Assembly (NCBI GenBank): GCA_963755915.1
Contig: CAVWLP010000002.1
Location: 3,616,001 to 3,680,000 of the forward strand
Direction of reading: 5' to 3'
Source: an uncultured Phycisphaerales bacterium
Lineage (GTDB): Bacteria > Planctomycetota > Phycisphaerae > Tepidisphaerales > Tepidisphaeraceae
DNA length: 64,000 nucleotides
In this document: piece by piece, positions 12,235-23,978 of the stretch
Layout: each line of letters opens with the position of its first letter
Numbering within the stretch: the stretch's first letter is position 1
Notes under the pieces: generated by a model
Told to the model about the DNA's origin: nothing
Databases searched by the model: none
The model's input: the letters and a program-made list of their open reading frames with translations, nothing else
Translations under genes and position numbers: made by a program

Positions 12235-14579
12235 ATGCGGAAGTCCAGAGTGCTGGCGTCTCTGCTGGGGGCAAGCGCCGTGGTTGTGAGGGCGAAATTG
12301 GGGTTAGCTGATACCTCGCTTTGGACAACCGAAGCCGATTTCGGCGGCAGCAGCTATGCCCCGAATCCACCACCCGCGGGCCAACCGCTTCAGACCGGTT
12401 ACCAAGGCTGGGGAAACTATGACGCGGGCCGCGGGACGGTACTCCCGACCGATTACTACGGTAACCCGATGACGTACAGTACCACCCCGCTGGGCTCGAC
12501 CAGCCCAACCGTTAATGGACTTGGCAACTTCGACAACGGCGGCCTGAACAGCCTGGCGACGCCGAATACTGACGCCAATTATGGCAAGTCCTGGGTAGGC
12601 CTTCAGGGAAATTCCGGGCCCACGCCCCTCGCGGGATCCATGACGCTTCAGGATTACCAGGGAGCCTCCGAGCAATTTGGGGATGGCGTCAACACGGGCG
12701 GCGGGTATGACCCGATCACTACCGGCGAGCTGATCGTCGTGCCCAACGGAACGAGCACCGTCAGTGCCGCATCGACGGCCCTGCTGAACAACCTCGCCAC
12801 GAGCACTTGCCTGGCAATTGACTTCACCGCTCCGGGCGGGGGAACCACACTCACCGCGGATGGCGACAATGCCAGCCCCTATTACATCCTCGAATTCGGA
12901 ATCAATAACACACAAAACAATGGCGGCGAATTTGTCACCGGTTGGGCCAACTGGTCGATGACGCTGAACTCCAGGGACACCGGCGCCTATGGCGACGATC
13001 CGGGTTCATTCGTCGTCACTCATGGCACCGGGGTAAACAGCTACTTCACAGCCTACATCCCTTACGATTACAGTGAAATCAACAATCCCGCCAATACCTA
13101 CATGCAGATGCAGATCATCCTGAACTCCGACGGTTACACCGGCGGAAACGTCACCATGAGCAATATCCGCACGGTTTCCCCGACATGGGCGGCCAGCGGC
13201 AGCGGCAGTTGGAACGACACCGGCACCATCACCGGCGCTACGACCAATTCAACCTCCGGCGCGGTCACCGGCGGAACGCTAACCAACCCCGCCACCACCG
13301 ACTGGATCGGCGCAGCGCCAACGGTCTCGGCGCGCCGGATGGATCCGGCCAGAGCGCTACGTTCGGTGATTTGGAAACCGGCAACGCGACCGTCACCCTG
13401 GACAGCACGCAAACCCTGGGAACGCTGAATTTTGATACGCTCAATTATCAGTACACGCTGGCCGTAGGCGTCGCCGGCGCGTTGGTCATGGATAACACCG
13501 TCAACGGCACAGCCCCGGCGCAAATCAACGACACAGCTGGCGGCACCGCATCGACCAACTACACTGAATTCCTCGCGGTGCCAATTACGCTCAACTCCAA
13601 TACGGTCATCACCGTCACCAGGGCAACGGACACACTTCAGATCGGCGGAGGCTTTTCGCCAACGGTCTCAGGCACAGGAAACGTAACCGTGGCCGGCTCG
13701 GGAACTTTGCTTCTGTATGGGCCAAACACGTACGGAAACACAACGGTGAATGCGGGGGCCAATCTGTTTGCTGCCACGGCGGGTGCGCTGCCGAACGGCC
13801 AGGCGCTGGTTAACAACGGCACGACCACGCTGGGCGGAAACGAAACCTTGGCTTCGTTAACCGGTACGGGCACATTGGAGGTCGGCGGGACGATCAATCT
13901 CAGCGGAACGCCGACCGCGTACACCGGCAACACGGTCATGCTCGCCAAAAACAGCGGCGGTGCCACCCAGGGAGGGCTGGTCATCGCGGCCAATTCGACG
14001 CTCGATATCACCAACAATCACATGATCATCACCTTCAGCGGTTCTGATCCGATATCGAGCATCTACAGCTACCTCAAGAGCGGCTACAACAATGGCGGAT
14101 GGAACGGCACGGGGATCATCTCCTCAACCGCGCAGTCCCTCACCGACGGACTGAAATACGGGGTCGGCTTCGCCGACGGAAGCGATCACGTTGTCACCGC
14201 GCTTTCCAGCGGCCAGATCGAACTGAAGTACACGCTGCTGGGCGATGCCAATCTGGATGGAACGGTGAACGGCTCTGATTTCTCCATCCTCGCGGCAAAT
14301 TTTGGTCTGGGTTATACGAATTGGGACCAAGGAAATTTCCTCTTCAGTTCCTCGGTAAACGGGAGCGACTTCAGCGCTCTTGCCGCCAATTTCGGTCAGG
14401 GCGACAGCGGCGCCGATGCCTACGTCACCCCCGCCGACATCGCTGCCCTCGACGCTTTCGCCGTCGCCAACGGGCTGCCGGTGCCGACGATCGGCGCGGT
14501 ACCGGAGCCGGCGTCTGCAGGATTGCTGGTGCTTGCCGCAAGCAGCGCGCTGGGTCGGCGGCGACGAAAGTTAATATAG
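12235..14579 (+). CDS. Large PEP-CTERM surface protein with autotransporter-like beta repeat and dockerin-like module; indel near 13315
   Basis: ORFs 12235-13428 and 13185-14579 join. Signal peptide, GSGTLLLYGPNTY, GDANLDGTVNGSDF, and C-terminal VPEPASAGLLVLAASSALGRRRRK. Confidence 0.85.
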
Positions 14580-14673
14580 GTGGGCGTATCCCCCCCGACG
14601 CCTTGCGAAACGAGCAATCGATGGACCGCCTATCGCGGTATTCGGCCGCCGCGCGTTTTGTGATCGCCAACGT

Positions 14674-16617
14674 ATGACCGTCGAGCAGCAGATCACTACG
14701 GGGTTTGCGCATCATCGAGCGGGGCGCGTCGCGGAAGCGGAATCGCTGTATCGAGAGGCGCTGACGCGTGAGCCCACCCATGCCGAGGCATTGTATCTGC
14801 TGGGGACGCTGGCCCTTCAGACGAAGCGGTTTGACGTTGCCGCCGAATTGATCGCGAAGGCGCTTGCGGTCAAATCTGATTTTGCGCAGGGGCACTACAA
14901 CCTCGCCTTGGCGAATTTAAATCTCGAAAAATGGGAGGAAGCGGCGAGCGCGGCGCGAAGGGCGATTTCGCTGCGCCCCCGCGACGCGGACGCCCACCTG
15001 GTTCTTGGGAATGCTTTGAAAAGTGCGGGGAGAATTGAGGAGGCGGTCGCGGCGTTTGGGGAGGCGATTTCGATCCGGCCGGCTTACGCGGAGGCCTATT
15101 TCAATCTTGGCAACGCGCTGAGTGCCAATGGCCAGCAGGAGCAGGCGATTGCCGCGCTTCGGAAAGCAATCGAGTTGAGGCCGGCATTAGCCGCCGCGCA
15201 TTTGAGTTTGGGGCTGATATTTCAGGAGCAGCGGCGTTTCGAGGAGGCTGCGGGCGAATTCAAACAGGCAGCGATTTACGATCCGAATAATCCCGACGTG
15301 CATGGTCGACTGGCGATGACGCTGGCCGACCTGAAGCGCATTGATGAAGCGCAAAGGGCGCTGGATCGCGCTGTGATGCTGGCGCCGGATTCCGCGCGGA
15401 CGCACGAGGCGAGGGGAACGGTCCTACTTCGCAGCGGCGAAGGCGCGAAGGCCGTGGAAAGTTTTCAGCGCGCCATCGAGATCGCGCCGGAATCGTTGTC
15501 AAGCTGGATCAACCTTGGACAGGCGCTGCGTCAGGTGGGACGTTTCGAGGAGGCCACGCGCTGCGCAGCCGAAATTCTGGCCCTGCGGCCCGGGGCGGCG
15601 GAGGCATACACCATCCTGAGCGGCGTGGGGGCCGGCGCGGATGCCGGGCTGATCGCGAAGCTGGCACAGTGCTTAGAGGATCCGCGTATTTCGATATCCG
15701 ATCGCGCGGAACTTGGATTTGCCCTGGGAAAAATCCTCGACGAGGCGGATCGCTTTGATGAAGCGTTTGAGCAGTACGCGCGTGCCAATGCGCTGACACT
15801 GGATATTCGCCGCGCCGCGGGCGAGCGATACAGCAGCGACGTATTCGGGCGCGAAGTGGATGAATTGACCGAGGCGTCGACGGTGGAGTTCTTCGATCGC
15901 TCGCGAGATTGGGGAGAGCGATCGGAATTGCCGGTCTTTGTGGTGGGAATGCCGCGATCAGGGACGACGCTGGTGGAGCAGATCGCAGCAAGCCACCCGG
16001 AGGTTTGTGGCGCCGGCGAACTAAAAGACATCGGAAACATCGCCGCCTCGCTGGATCATGTGCAGATCGGCGCCGATGCGATCCGGAATGCGGCGAGAAA
16101 GCAGTTGGATCGCTTGCGGGCGATTGGAGGGACGGCGTCGCGCGTGATCGATAAAATGCCGGCCAACATCATGCATCTGGGATTGATCGCGATGCTATTT
16201 CCATCGGCTCGGATCATCCTCTGCCGGCGCGATCCGCGGGACACGTGCCTGTCGTGCTTTTTTCAGCGGTTTGGGGCGGGGAATCTCTTCGCGTTTGAAC
16301 TGCGTGATTGCGGGCGGCACCACGTGCATACCGACCGGCTCATCGCGCATTGGCTGAAGGTTTTGCCCGTGCGAATGCTGGAAGTGCGCTATGAAGAACT
16401 TGTGGCAAATCTGGAGGGACAGAGCCAGAGGATCATTGAGTTTCTAGGATTGCCGTGGAATCCGGCATGCCTTGAATTCCACAAAACCGAGCGGACGGTA
16501 CAGACGGCCAGCGCGTGGCAGGTGCGGCAGCCGATCTACACGCGATCGGTCGGACGGTGGAAGAATTACGAGAAACATCTGCCGGCGATGATGGAGGGCC
16601 TGGGGCTGCGAACGTGA
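14674..16617 (+). CDS. TPR-repeat sulfotransferase-family protein
   Basis: Multiple TPRs, PAPS loop PVFVVGMPRSGTTLVEQI, DKMP.N, RDPRDTCLSCF, TASAWQVRQPIY. Confidence 0.95.
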   Translation: MTVEQQITTGFAHHRAGRVAEAESLYREALTREPTHAEALYLLGTLALQTKRFDVAAELIAKALAVKSDFAQGHYNLALANLNLEKWEEAASAARRAISLRPRDADAHLVLGNALKSAGRIEEAVAAFGEAISIRPAYAEAYFNLGNALSANGQQEQAIAALRKAIELRPALAAAHLSLGLIFQEQRRFEEAAGEFKQAAIYDPNNPDVHGRLAMTLADLKRIDEAQRALDRAVMLAPDSARTHEARGTVLLRSGEGAKAVESFQRAIEIAPESLSSWINLGQALRQVGRFEEATRCAAEILALRPGAAEAYTILSGVGAGADAGLIAKLAQCLEDPRISISDRAELGFALGKILDEADRFDEAFEQYARANALTLDIRRAAGERYSSDVFGREVDELTEASTVEFFDRSRDWGERSELPVFVVGMPRSGTTLVEQIAASHPEVCGAGELKDIGNIAASLDHVQIGADAIRNAARKQLDRLRAIGGTASRVIDKMPANIMHLGLIAMLFPSARIILCRRDPRDTCLSCFFQRFGAGNLFAFELRDCGRHHVHTDRLIAHWLKVLPVRMLEVRYEELVANLEGQSQRIIEFLGLPWNPACLEFHKTERTVQTASAWQVRQPIYTRSVGRWKNYEKHLPAMMEGLGLRT

Positions 16618-16676
16618 CGGTTTCATATCAATGAACGCTTACTCCGGGCGGCCCTCACCGCTATACTTGCGGCCCG

Positions 16677-18565
16677 GTGGACCGTCTTATCGAGGCAATC
16701 AACCAGGCCAGGGGGCATCATCGCGCCGGGCGGCTTTCCGACGCGGAGAAGATCTATCGGCAAGTGCTGGCGCAGAAGCCGGATCATTGCGAAGCGATGC
16801 ATCTGCTGGGGGTAATCGCCGGGCAGCGCGGAGACCTGGACATCGCGATCGCGATGATCCGGCGCGCGATCGAGATCGATGGCAATTATGCGGAAGCTTA
16901 TCGAAATCTGGGGGGGGTTTTGGCCCAGCGCAGTCGATTCGAAGAAGCGTGCAAGGCGCTTTGCAGGGCGTTGGAGCTGAGGCCGGACGATCAGCATACT
17001 CGGGCGGAGCTTGCGAAGGTGTGTTACAGCCTCGGTGCGGCGCGGATGCAGCAGGGTCGATTGAACGAAGCGATCACGGCGCACGGCAAGGCAGTTGAAA
17101 TCAATCCGGACTTTTGCATGGGGCATTTTGCATTGGCGCATGCGCTGCGCGGCGCCGGGCGGTTTGAAGACGCCCTGGCATCGTATCGGAGCGCGCTGGC
17201 GATTAAGCCGGACCTGATCGATGCGCACGTGAGCATGGCGGTCATTTTCGCGGAATTGCAGGGATTTGAAGAAGCGATGGCTTGTCACGCGCGTGCCGCG
17301 GCGATCGACCCCACCGCGGCGCCGGTACACGAGGCGATGGGGACGATTCTGCTGTCGCGGCATGGCGCCGGCGCGGCGATTCCGCATTTCCGCCGCGCTG
17401 TCGAAAAAGATCCAAAGTTGCTCTCCGCATGGGCGTCCCTGGGCTCGGCATTGCAGGCGCAGGGCGAGTTTGAAGAGGCGGGGAAATGTTTTCGAAAAAT
17501 GCTGGAAATTCAGCCCAGTTCCGCGACGGCGCTACAACATTTGGCCGCCGCGCACTGTAGGGAGGAGACGCCCCAGAAATTCAACCGATGCTGGACCTGC
17601 TCGATCGCCCGGATTTGACGCCGGAACAGCGAAGTGCCACAGAGTTTGCGCTTGGCAAGGTTTTGGACGATTCGCGGCGGTTTGACGAAGCGTTTGCGCG
17701 GTTCAAGGCTGCCAACGATCGCGTGAAACAGCAGAAGGCACTTGCAGGCGAGCGTTACGATCCCGCCATCATGCACAAGCAGGTGGATAGAATTATTGAC
17801 ACCTTCACGCCGGAATTTTTCCAGCAGAGGCACGGCTGGGGCAACCCGTCCGAGCTGCCGGTGTTCGTCGTGGGAGTGCCCAGGTCGGGCACAACATTGG
17901 TTCAGCAGATTGCCGGCAGTCACCCGCTCGTTCACGGCGCGGGGGAATTGAAGGCGATTTCGCAAATTGAAAGCGTGCTGGCGGGGGCCAATGGAAAGAT
18001 AGCCGCCGGCGACTGGCCTCGAGAGACGATTGAGCGATGCGCGGGCGAGCATCTGAGTCGCCTGCAATCGCTAAGGCCCGTGGCCGTGCGCGTGATTGAC
18101 AAGATGCCGAGCAATCTGCATCGGCTGGCGCTGATCTGTCTGATGTTTCCATCGGCGCGGGTGATCGTCTGCCGGCGCGATTCGCGGGACACCTGCCTCT
18201 CGTGCTATTTCCAGGGGTTCGCGGGGGGCGCCACGTTCTCCTTCGATCTGGCGGATTGCGGGCACTTCCATGTCGAAAATGAACGTCTGAGGGCGCACTG
18301 GCAGCACGCGTTGCCGCTACGGATGCTGGAAGTTCAATACGAGAGTGTCGTCGAAGATCTTGAGGGCCAGAGCCGCCGATTGATCGACTTCCTGGGCCTC
18401 CCGTGGCATCCGGCATGCCTTGAATTTCACCGCACCCAAACGACAGTGCTGACGCCGAGTCTGTGGCAGGTTCGACAGCCGATCTATCAAAGCTCGGTGG
18501 GACGGTGGCGACATTACGAGCACCATCTTGGGTCGCTGCTACGGGCGCTGGGTGAGGATACTTGA
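16677..18565 (+). CDS. TPR-repeat sulfotransferase-family protein, tandem paralog; indel near 17570
   Basis: TPR ORF 16677-17618 plus sulfotransferase ORF 17588-18565 (PVFVVGVPRSGTTLVQQI, WQVRQPIY). Confidence 0.9.
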
Positions 18566-18581
18566 TTCGATGCCCAGGCGC

Positions 18582-18615
18582 AAAAAGAAAAATGCCACGG
18601 TTTCTATCCGTGGCA
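18582..18615 (-). terminator. Rho-independent terminator
   Basis: Stem TGCCACGG (18593-18600) / CCGTGGCA (18608-18615) followed by a U-rich tract on the minus strand, between convergent genes. Confidence 0.75.
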
Positions 18616-18654
18616 CTAACACTGGCTGTCAGAACATCAAAGGGAAGAGACGAC

Positions 18655-19428
18655 TCAGTGCGCCTTGCGCCTGCGAACCAGCAGTGCCGGGGCACTGAGG
18701 CCGAGTAATCCCAGAGTTGCCGGCTCGGGGACATAGGTGACCTGGAGATTGTCGATGTAATAAATGACGTTTCCGTCCATGTTGCGTCCCATGTCGCTGT
18801 AGTCCTGGAGCGTCAGAGCGCGAACCTGGGCTCCTGCGCCGGTGAACGGGATATTAATCGTGTCCCACACCCCGGGGTCGGCGCCGTTATAGGTTGGATC
18901 TCCCAGCTCATACCCGTTGGCGTTCAGGTTGTTGCCGTCGATATAAATGTCCGGAACGCTGTTGTCGTCGTAGCCTGAGTCACGAGTGAAGATCTGAAAA
19001 TATCCATATCCGCCATAGGAGTCCGGCGACGAGGTCGGATCGACCATGATGTTGAACTGGATATCGGAGACCTGTGCTCCGGGCGAGCCGAACAGGTCCA
19101 TCGTGAAAGCGCACGAACCGGCTCCGACGGCGGCATAATCCATGAATTGTTGGAATTTTACCGAGCCTCCGCCGTTGCCGGTGTCGTCCTCCGTGCTGGA
19201 GAAGGTGACGCTTCGTGACGTCTGCCCGCCGCCGTAATCAAATCGCGCGGTGATGGGAGGCGGATTATAGTTGGTGACGTTGAGTTGCACCGAACTGGAA
19301 GTATCGAAGGTGTCGGTGAAACCATTTGCGGAATAGACCTGGGCGCTGGCCGCGGAGCCGCCCAGCCAGCAGATGCCGGCCGTCGCGAGCGACAACGCCT
19401 CGAGGCGAAGGAATGTCTTTGAACGCAT
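18655..19428 (-). CDS. PEP-CTERM sorting domain protein (beta-sandwich, possible carbohydrate-binding)
   Basis: GGAGGAG RBS before ATG 19428, signal peptide, C-terminal YVPEPATLGLLGLSAPALLVRRRK. Confidence 0.9.
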   Translation of the reverse strand: MRSKTFLRLEALSLATAGICWLGGSAASAQVYSANGFTDTFDTSSSVQLNVTNYNPPPITARFDYGGGQTSRSVTFSSTEDDTGNGGGSVKFQQFMDYAAVGAGSCAFTMDLFGSPGAQVSDIQFNIMVDPTSSPDSYGGYGYFQIFTRDSGYDDNSVPDIYIDGNNLNANGYELGDPTYNGADPGVWDTINIPFTGAGAQVRALTLQDYSDMGRNMDGNVIYYIDNLQVTYVPEPATLGLLGLSAPALLVRRRKAH

Positions 19429-19550
19429 GTTTAGCTCTCCTCCGAAACGCGAAGTGACGTTTCGATGTTGGAAACCGAGGCAACCAGATAGAGGAAGGAA
19501 CACCCGTCCCCGGAAGTGAGTCTGGATGCCGAGATCTCGTAAAGACCGCC

Positions 19551-19570
19551 TATCTCATATATATGAAATA
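19551..19570. promoter_or_regulatory. Near-perfect 20-bp palindrome, candidate operator
   Basis: TATCTCATATATATGAAATA, with perfect core TCATATATATGA at 19555-19566, upstream of the PEP-CTERM gene. Confidence 0.7.
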
Positions 19571-19624
19571 ATGAATTGAACTGCCGCGATTTTGTGTTGG
19601 TCTCACCTCCTGTTTGAAAGCGAT

Positions 19625-20698
19625 TCAGTTTGTTGCGACGGCAAGCTTCGGCTCGCGCGTGGAATCTCGAACGATCAGTTTTACGGGCAGTTCCTCGTGA
19701 CGATTGAGTTCGCGAATGCGACCGAGCGAACGGCCGAGCATGATCTCGGCAGCGCGGCGGCCGATTTCATATGCCGGCTGGCGCACCGTGGTGAGCGAGG
19801 GCGTCATCTCCGCCGCAAAATCGTCATCGGAGAAACCGACTACCGACACATCCTCGGGAATCCGAAGGTTCAATTCGGCAGCCGCTTTGTAAACCGTTCT
19901 GGCGTAAAGGTCGGTGGCGGTGAAAATCGCCGTGGGACGATCCGACCGTGAGAGCATCTCCCTTGCCTGTACGATACCGCGAACATATTCACCGGGGGGC
20001 CCTTCCAGGGTAAAGACGCCGGCACCCGGCATCCGTCCCACCGCGTTTTCGAATGCTTTGCGCCGCGCCGAAGCCCAAGTGGCGACATTCGGACGGGCGA
20101 GATTTCCAATCCGCCGGTGTCCCAGCGCATAGAGATGCTCGGCAACCATTTGTCCGCCCAAGGTTTCGTCGCTGCCGACGTAATCGGCGTTGAATTCGGG
20201 CGGAAGCTCGTGGTCGATAGTGACCACGGGGAGATTTCGAGAGGAAAATTCGTGGACGTGTTCGCTGAAGAGCTGCGCGAAGGAGGGCCAGAGAATCACC
20301 CCGTCGACGCGCCGATCGAGCATTCGATGGATTTGATCCAGCTCGGTACCGCTAGGCTCCTCGCGCCGGCGCGGCGACGGCCCCATGTAAACCGGCCAAA
20401 GTGTGATCGGAACGTGATCGGCTGCGGCGAGCACATCGTGAATGCCGAAGAGAACCTCCGCCCAGTAGAAATCAAACGGTGGCATCATGACCCCGATGGT
20501 TCGGGTCTTACCAGTCTGGATCCCGCGGACTAAGAGGTTGGGCCGATACTTGAGGCGTTCGGCAGCCTCAAGCACGCGCCGGCTGGTTTGGTCGGAGCTC
20601 ACCCTGCGGCCGGATAAGACAAGCGATACCGTGGATTGCGACACTCCCGCCTGCTCAGCGATGCGCTTCTGACTGGCTTGAAACCGTGAACGACTCAT
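19625..20698 (-). CDS. LacI-family transcriptional regulator (close paralog of 5271-6338)
   Basis: HTH IAEQAGVSQSTVSLVL, LGHRRIG, PEDVSVVGF, LTTVRQP. Start chosen at MSRSRFQ. Confidence 0.95.
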   Translation of the reverse strand: MSRSRFQASQKRIAEQAGVSQSTVSLVLSGRRVSSDQTSRRVLEAAERLKYRPNLLVRGIQTGKTRTIGVMMPPFDFYWAEVLFGIHDVLAAADHVPITLWPVYMGPSPRRREEPSGTELDQIHRMLDRRVDGVILWPSFAQLFSEHVHEFSSRNLPVVTIDHELPPEFNADYVGSDETLGGQMVAEHLYALGHRRIGNLARPNVATWASARRKAFENAVGRMPGAGVFTLEGPPGEYVRGIVQAREMLSRSDRPTAIFTATDLYARTVYKAAAELNLRIPEDVSVVGFSDDDFAAEMTPSLTTVRQPAYEIGRRAAEIMLGRSLGRIRELNRHEELPVKLIVRDSTREPKLAVATN

Positions 20699-20710
20699 GA
20701 TATCTTGGAG

Positions 20711-20758
20711 TAATATATATGAATTCACTTTTTTGTCAAAGTTATTTCATATATATTA
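20711..20758. promoter_or_regulatory. Divergent promoter region with two inverted operator copies flanking a minus-strand TTGACA
   Basis: TAATATATATGAA 20711-20723, TGTCAA 20734-20739, ATTTCATATATATTA 20744-20758. Confidence 0.75.
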
Positions 20759-20970
20759 CACGAGACCGTTTTGCCTATTGTGCGGAGGCCATGACACCCC
20801 AGAGCGGCCAGCGCTATGTGGGCACTTTCCCAGGATTCTCATAGCGTAAGATGTTGCAGTAAATATGTTTATGGGTTGAGTGGCGAACGGATTTCTGTCG
20901 GATCATTGGTTGCTCGAATCATCGATGTAGAATCCCATTATGCGGCCCGGTCTGACGCGGACGAGGATAT

Positions 20971-23900
20971 ATGTGGCGCAAAAAAGTCCTCAAACGCGCG
21001 GCGACGCGCGAAAACCCGGCGGCAATTCCAATCCTGTCTCAGCGAAATGCTCGAAACGCGCATGTTGCTGAACACGGCAACGATCGGGGCGGCGACCACA
21101 ATTCGCTCCGTCCCCGGCGACCTTTTGGGCATCAACACGGCGCCGTGGGATGGGCAACTCAGCTCAGCATCGACCCTCTCACTCGTCCAGGCCGCGGGCA
21201 TCAATGCGGTCAGAATCGGCGGTGGATCGACTGTCGATACCTGGCATTTCAATTCCACAAGCAACAGCCAATCGATCGGCCAACAGGCCGACTTCGCAGC
21301 TAACCTTGGCGCGACGGCAATCATTGATGTCGATTACGGCGAGGCCAGTCCGCAGGAAGCCGTTGCCGAGTGGGCGTACCTGGATGGCTCGCCGAACGAC
21401 ACCTATAGCATCGGCAGCGGCGAGCAATGGAACACCACGGAGGATAAATGGGTCTCCGTCAACTGGGGAACGGTGGGCCAATGGGCCTCGCTGCGCGCTG
21501 AAACTACGGTCGCGCCCAACTCATTGGGTGCAGATCACGCCGCCTCGTTCAATTTTACTTATTTCGAAATCGGCAACGAAGTGTACGGAAGCTGGGAAAC
21601 CGATGAGCACGGACAAACCGGCGATACTTTGCCGATGCCTGCGGGCGACAAACCAAAAGCGCACGATCCCACGACACTGGTTTCCTTCGCCGTTCAGTTT
21701 CAAAACGAAATCAACGCGATTCTGAACGACGGAATGGAATCGGGAGCGATGCCGATCTCCATCGGCATCGATAGCCAAGCCGTCGATACCAGCTTTAATA
21801 ACTGGATCGTGAATATCCTCAAGCAAAGCGCCGCGCAAGGGCTTAAGCTGGGCTTCATCGCAGATCACTATTATACCTCAGTTTCTCCAGGCAGTGAAAA
21901 CGACGCCACGCTTCTGGGTGTTTCGAATACGCCGGCAAGCGGAAATACGTATGACTGGTCCCAGCGCGCCGCTGATTACGACGCGCTCATCAACGAATAT
22001 CTTCCCGGGCAAAACGTGCAACTCTTTGCCGATGAAGTGAACTCCATCTCATCCGACCCGGGCAAACAATCGACGAGCCTCGTCAACGGATTGTTCATCG
22101 CCGACGCTCTGGGCAGCGTTCTCTACGCCACCGGCGCAGACAGCCTCGGCGGATACGAGGGCTTCTGGGTCTGGGATTTGCACAATGGACCGTCAACCGG
22201 AAATAACAACAGCTCAAGTCTGTACGGGTGGAGGCAGTACGGAGATTACGGAATCCTTGGAACCGGCAGCCCCGAGGCGCTCAACGAAACCACGCCGGAC
22301 TATTACGCGCTGCAACTGGCATCCAAAATCCTCCTGCCGGGCGGCACCGTCGTCGGCGCCAGCGAAGATAACGAAACCAGCGTCGATACCTATGCTATTG
22401 TTGAGCCCAACGGCGATCTCGATCTGCTCGTCATCAACAAGACCGATCCCGACAACGGAACTCCCCCGAACAATCTGCCCGATCCGACCTTGAGCGAGCA
22501 GTTCGATATTTCCGGATTTATCCCCAGCGGCCAGGCCACGATTTGGGAATTCGGCGTCGCCGAAGACGATGCGCAGGCGACGTCAACCGCGGCGGTGCCG
22601 ACAACGTCACTCACCAATTTCACGACGAGCCTGGCCGTGAGCAACGGCAGTTTCACCTATGCGCTGCCGGACTATTCGATGATGGTAATCGATTTGAAGC
22701 CAGACACCGGCCCGACGGTCGCCGAGGCCGCGGCGGCAAATCCCAATCCCATTGATCCATTTGCGACCGCGGCTTCCACTTCTCTGAGCGCTCTGGGCTC
22801 GGAGAATGGATCCGGCTCCGGTCTTACATACACCTGGTCATACAGCGGCCCGTCTGGTGTGACCTATTCGGGCAATACCAACGGCACGAACGCCTCCCAA
22901 GATATCACCGCGAATTTCACTCAGACCGGAACCTACAACTTCACCGTTACGATCCAAGATCCCGAGGATTTGTTCACCACCAGCACGGTGCAGGTGACGG
23001 TGGAAGCCGCCTTCGCCAGCCTAAACGGATCGGCTCTAATGATCACCCTCAACGGCAGCGGCGCCGTCGCCCTCAGCGGCTCGGGGAGTGATGTCACTGC
23101 CAGCGAAAACGGATTCCAGGCGAATTTCGGCGGCGTCAGCAGCATCGACGTCACGGATTCGGGGACCGGCGACACTCTAAATTTTAACGGCGGAATCACG
23201 ACGGCAATCAGTTTCAGCGGAGCCTCAGGTTCTACGATCGAAGTCAACGGCGGCACGCTCAATTTCGCGGGCGCCTCGACTATCGCTTTGGGCACGCTCA
23301 ATATCGCCTCCGGCGCACTCGCGGCCGTGCCGGTCAATTCCTCCGCCCAAACCCAGCTCCTGGTCAGCGGACTTTCCATCACCTCTGGAACGCTGGACCT
23401 AAGCGATAACGAGATGCTCATCACCTACGGCAGCGGCAGCGATCCGATGTCCACCATCTACACCTACCTCGAATCCGGCTACAACAACGGCGGCTGGAAT
23501 GGCACGGGCATCATTTCCACATCCGCGCACGCCCACCAATGGCTTCACCTACGCCCTGGGATTCTCGGACGGAAAAGACGGCGTCGTCAGCGGACTCTCT
23601 TCCGGACAGATCGAGGTTAAATACACGCTCCTTGGCGACGCCAATCTCGATGGGACGGTCAATGGGTCGGATTTCAGCATCCTCGCCGATAATTTCGGAC
23701 TTGGTTACACGAACTGGGACCAGGGCAACTTCCTTTTCACTCCCTCAGTCAACGGCTCCAATTTCTCTGCTCTTTCCGCTAACTTCGGCCAGGGCATCAC
23801 ACTTCCCGCTGCCGCGATCGTCGAAGCGCCGGCGGTGCCGGTAGCGGCAACGACCACGCCAACCGGCAGCACAACCAACAGCGATACAACCTCCTCGACG

Positions 23901-23978
23901 CCCGGCACTGACAGTGCGATACTTGACGCTCGCGCCGACATTCTCGGCAAACAACGGCGATATGGACGGAAATCGTGA
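20971..23978 (+). CDS. Extracellular clan GH-A glycoside hydrolase (GH51/GH44-like) with LExRxLL leader, PKD-like and dockerin-like domains; indels near 20983 and 23527
   Basis: RBS plus ATG 20971 matching the paralog start MWRK. MLETRMLL, GINTAPWD, RIGGGS, FEIGNEVYGSWE, ADEVNS, GDANLDG. Confidence 0.75.

Noticed and set aside
20816-20970. N-terminal extension of the 934-aa ORF
   Set aside because: The paralogue starts MWRK and an RBS precedes ATG 20971; an extra A in the homopolymer explains the longer ORF.
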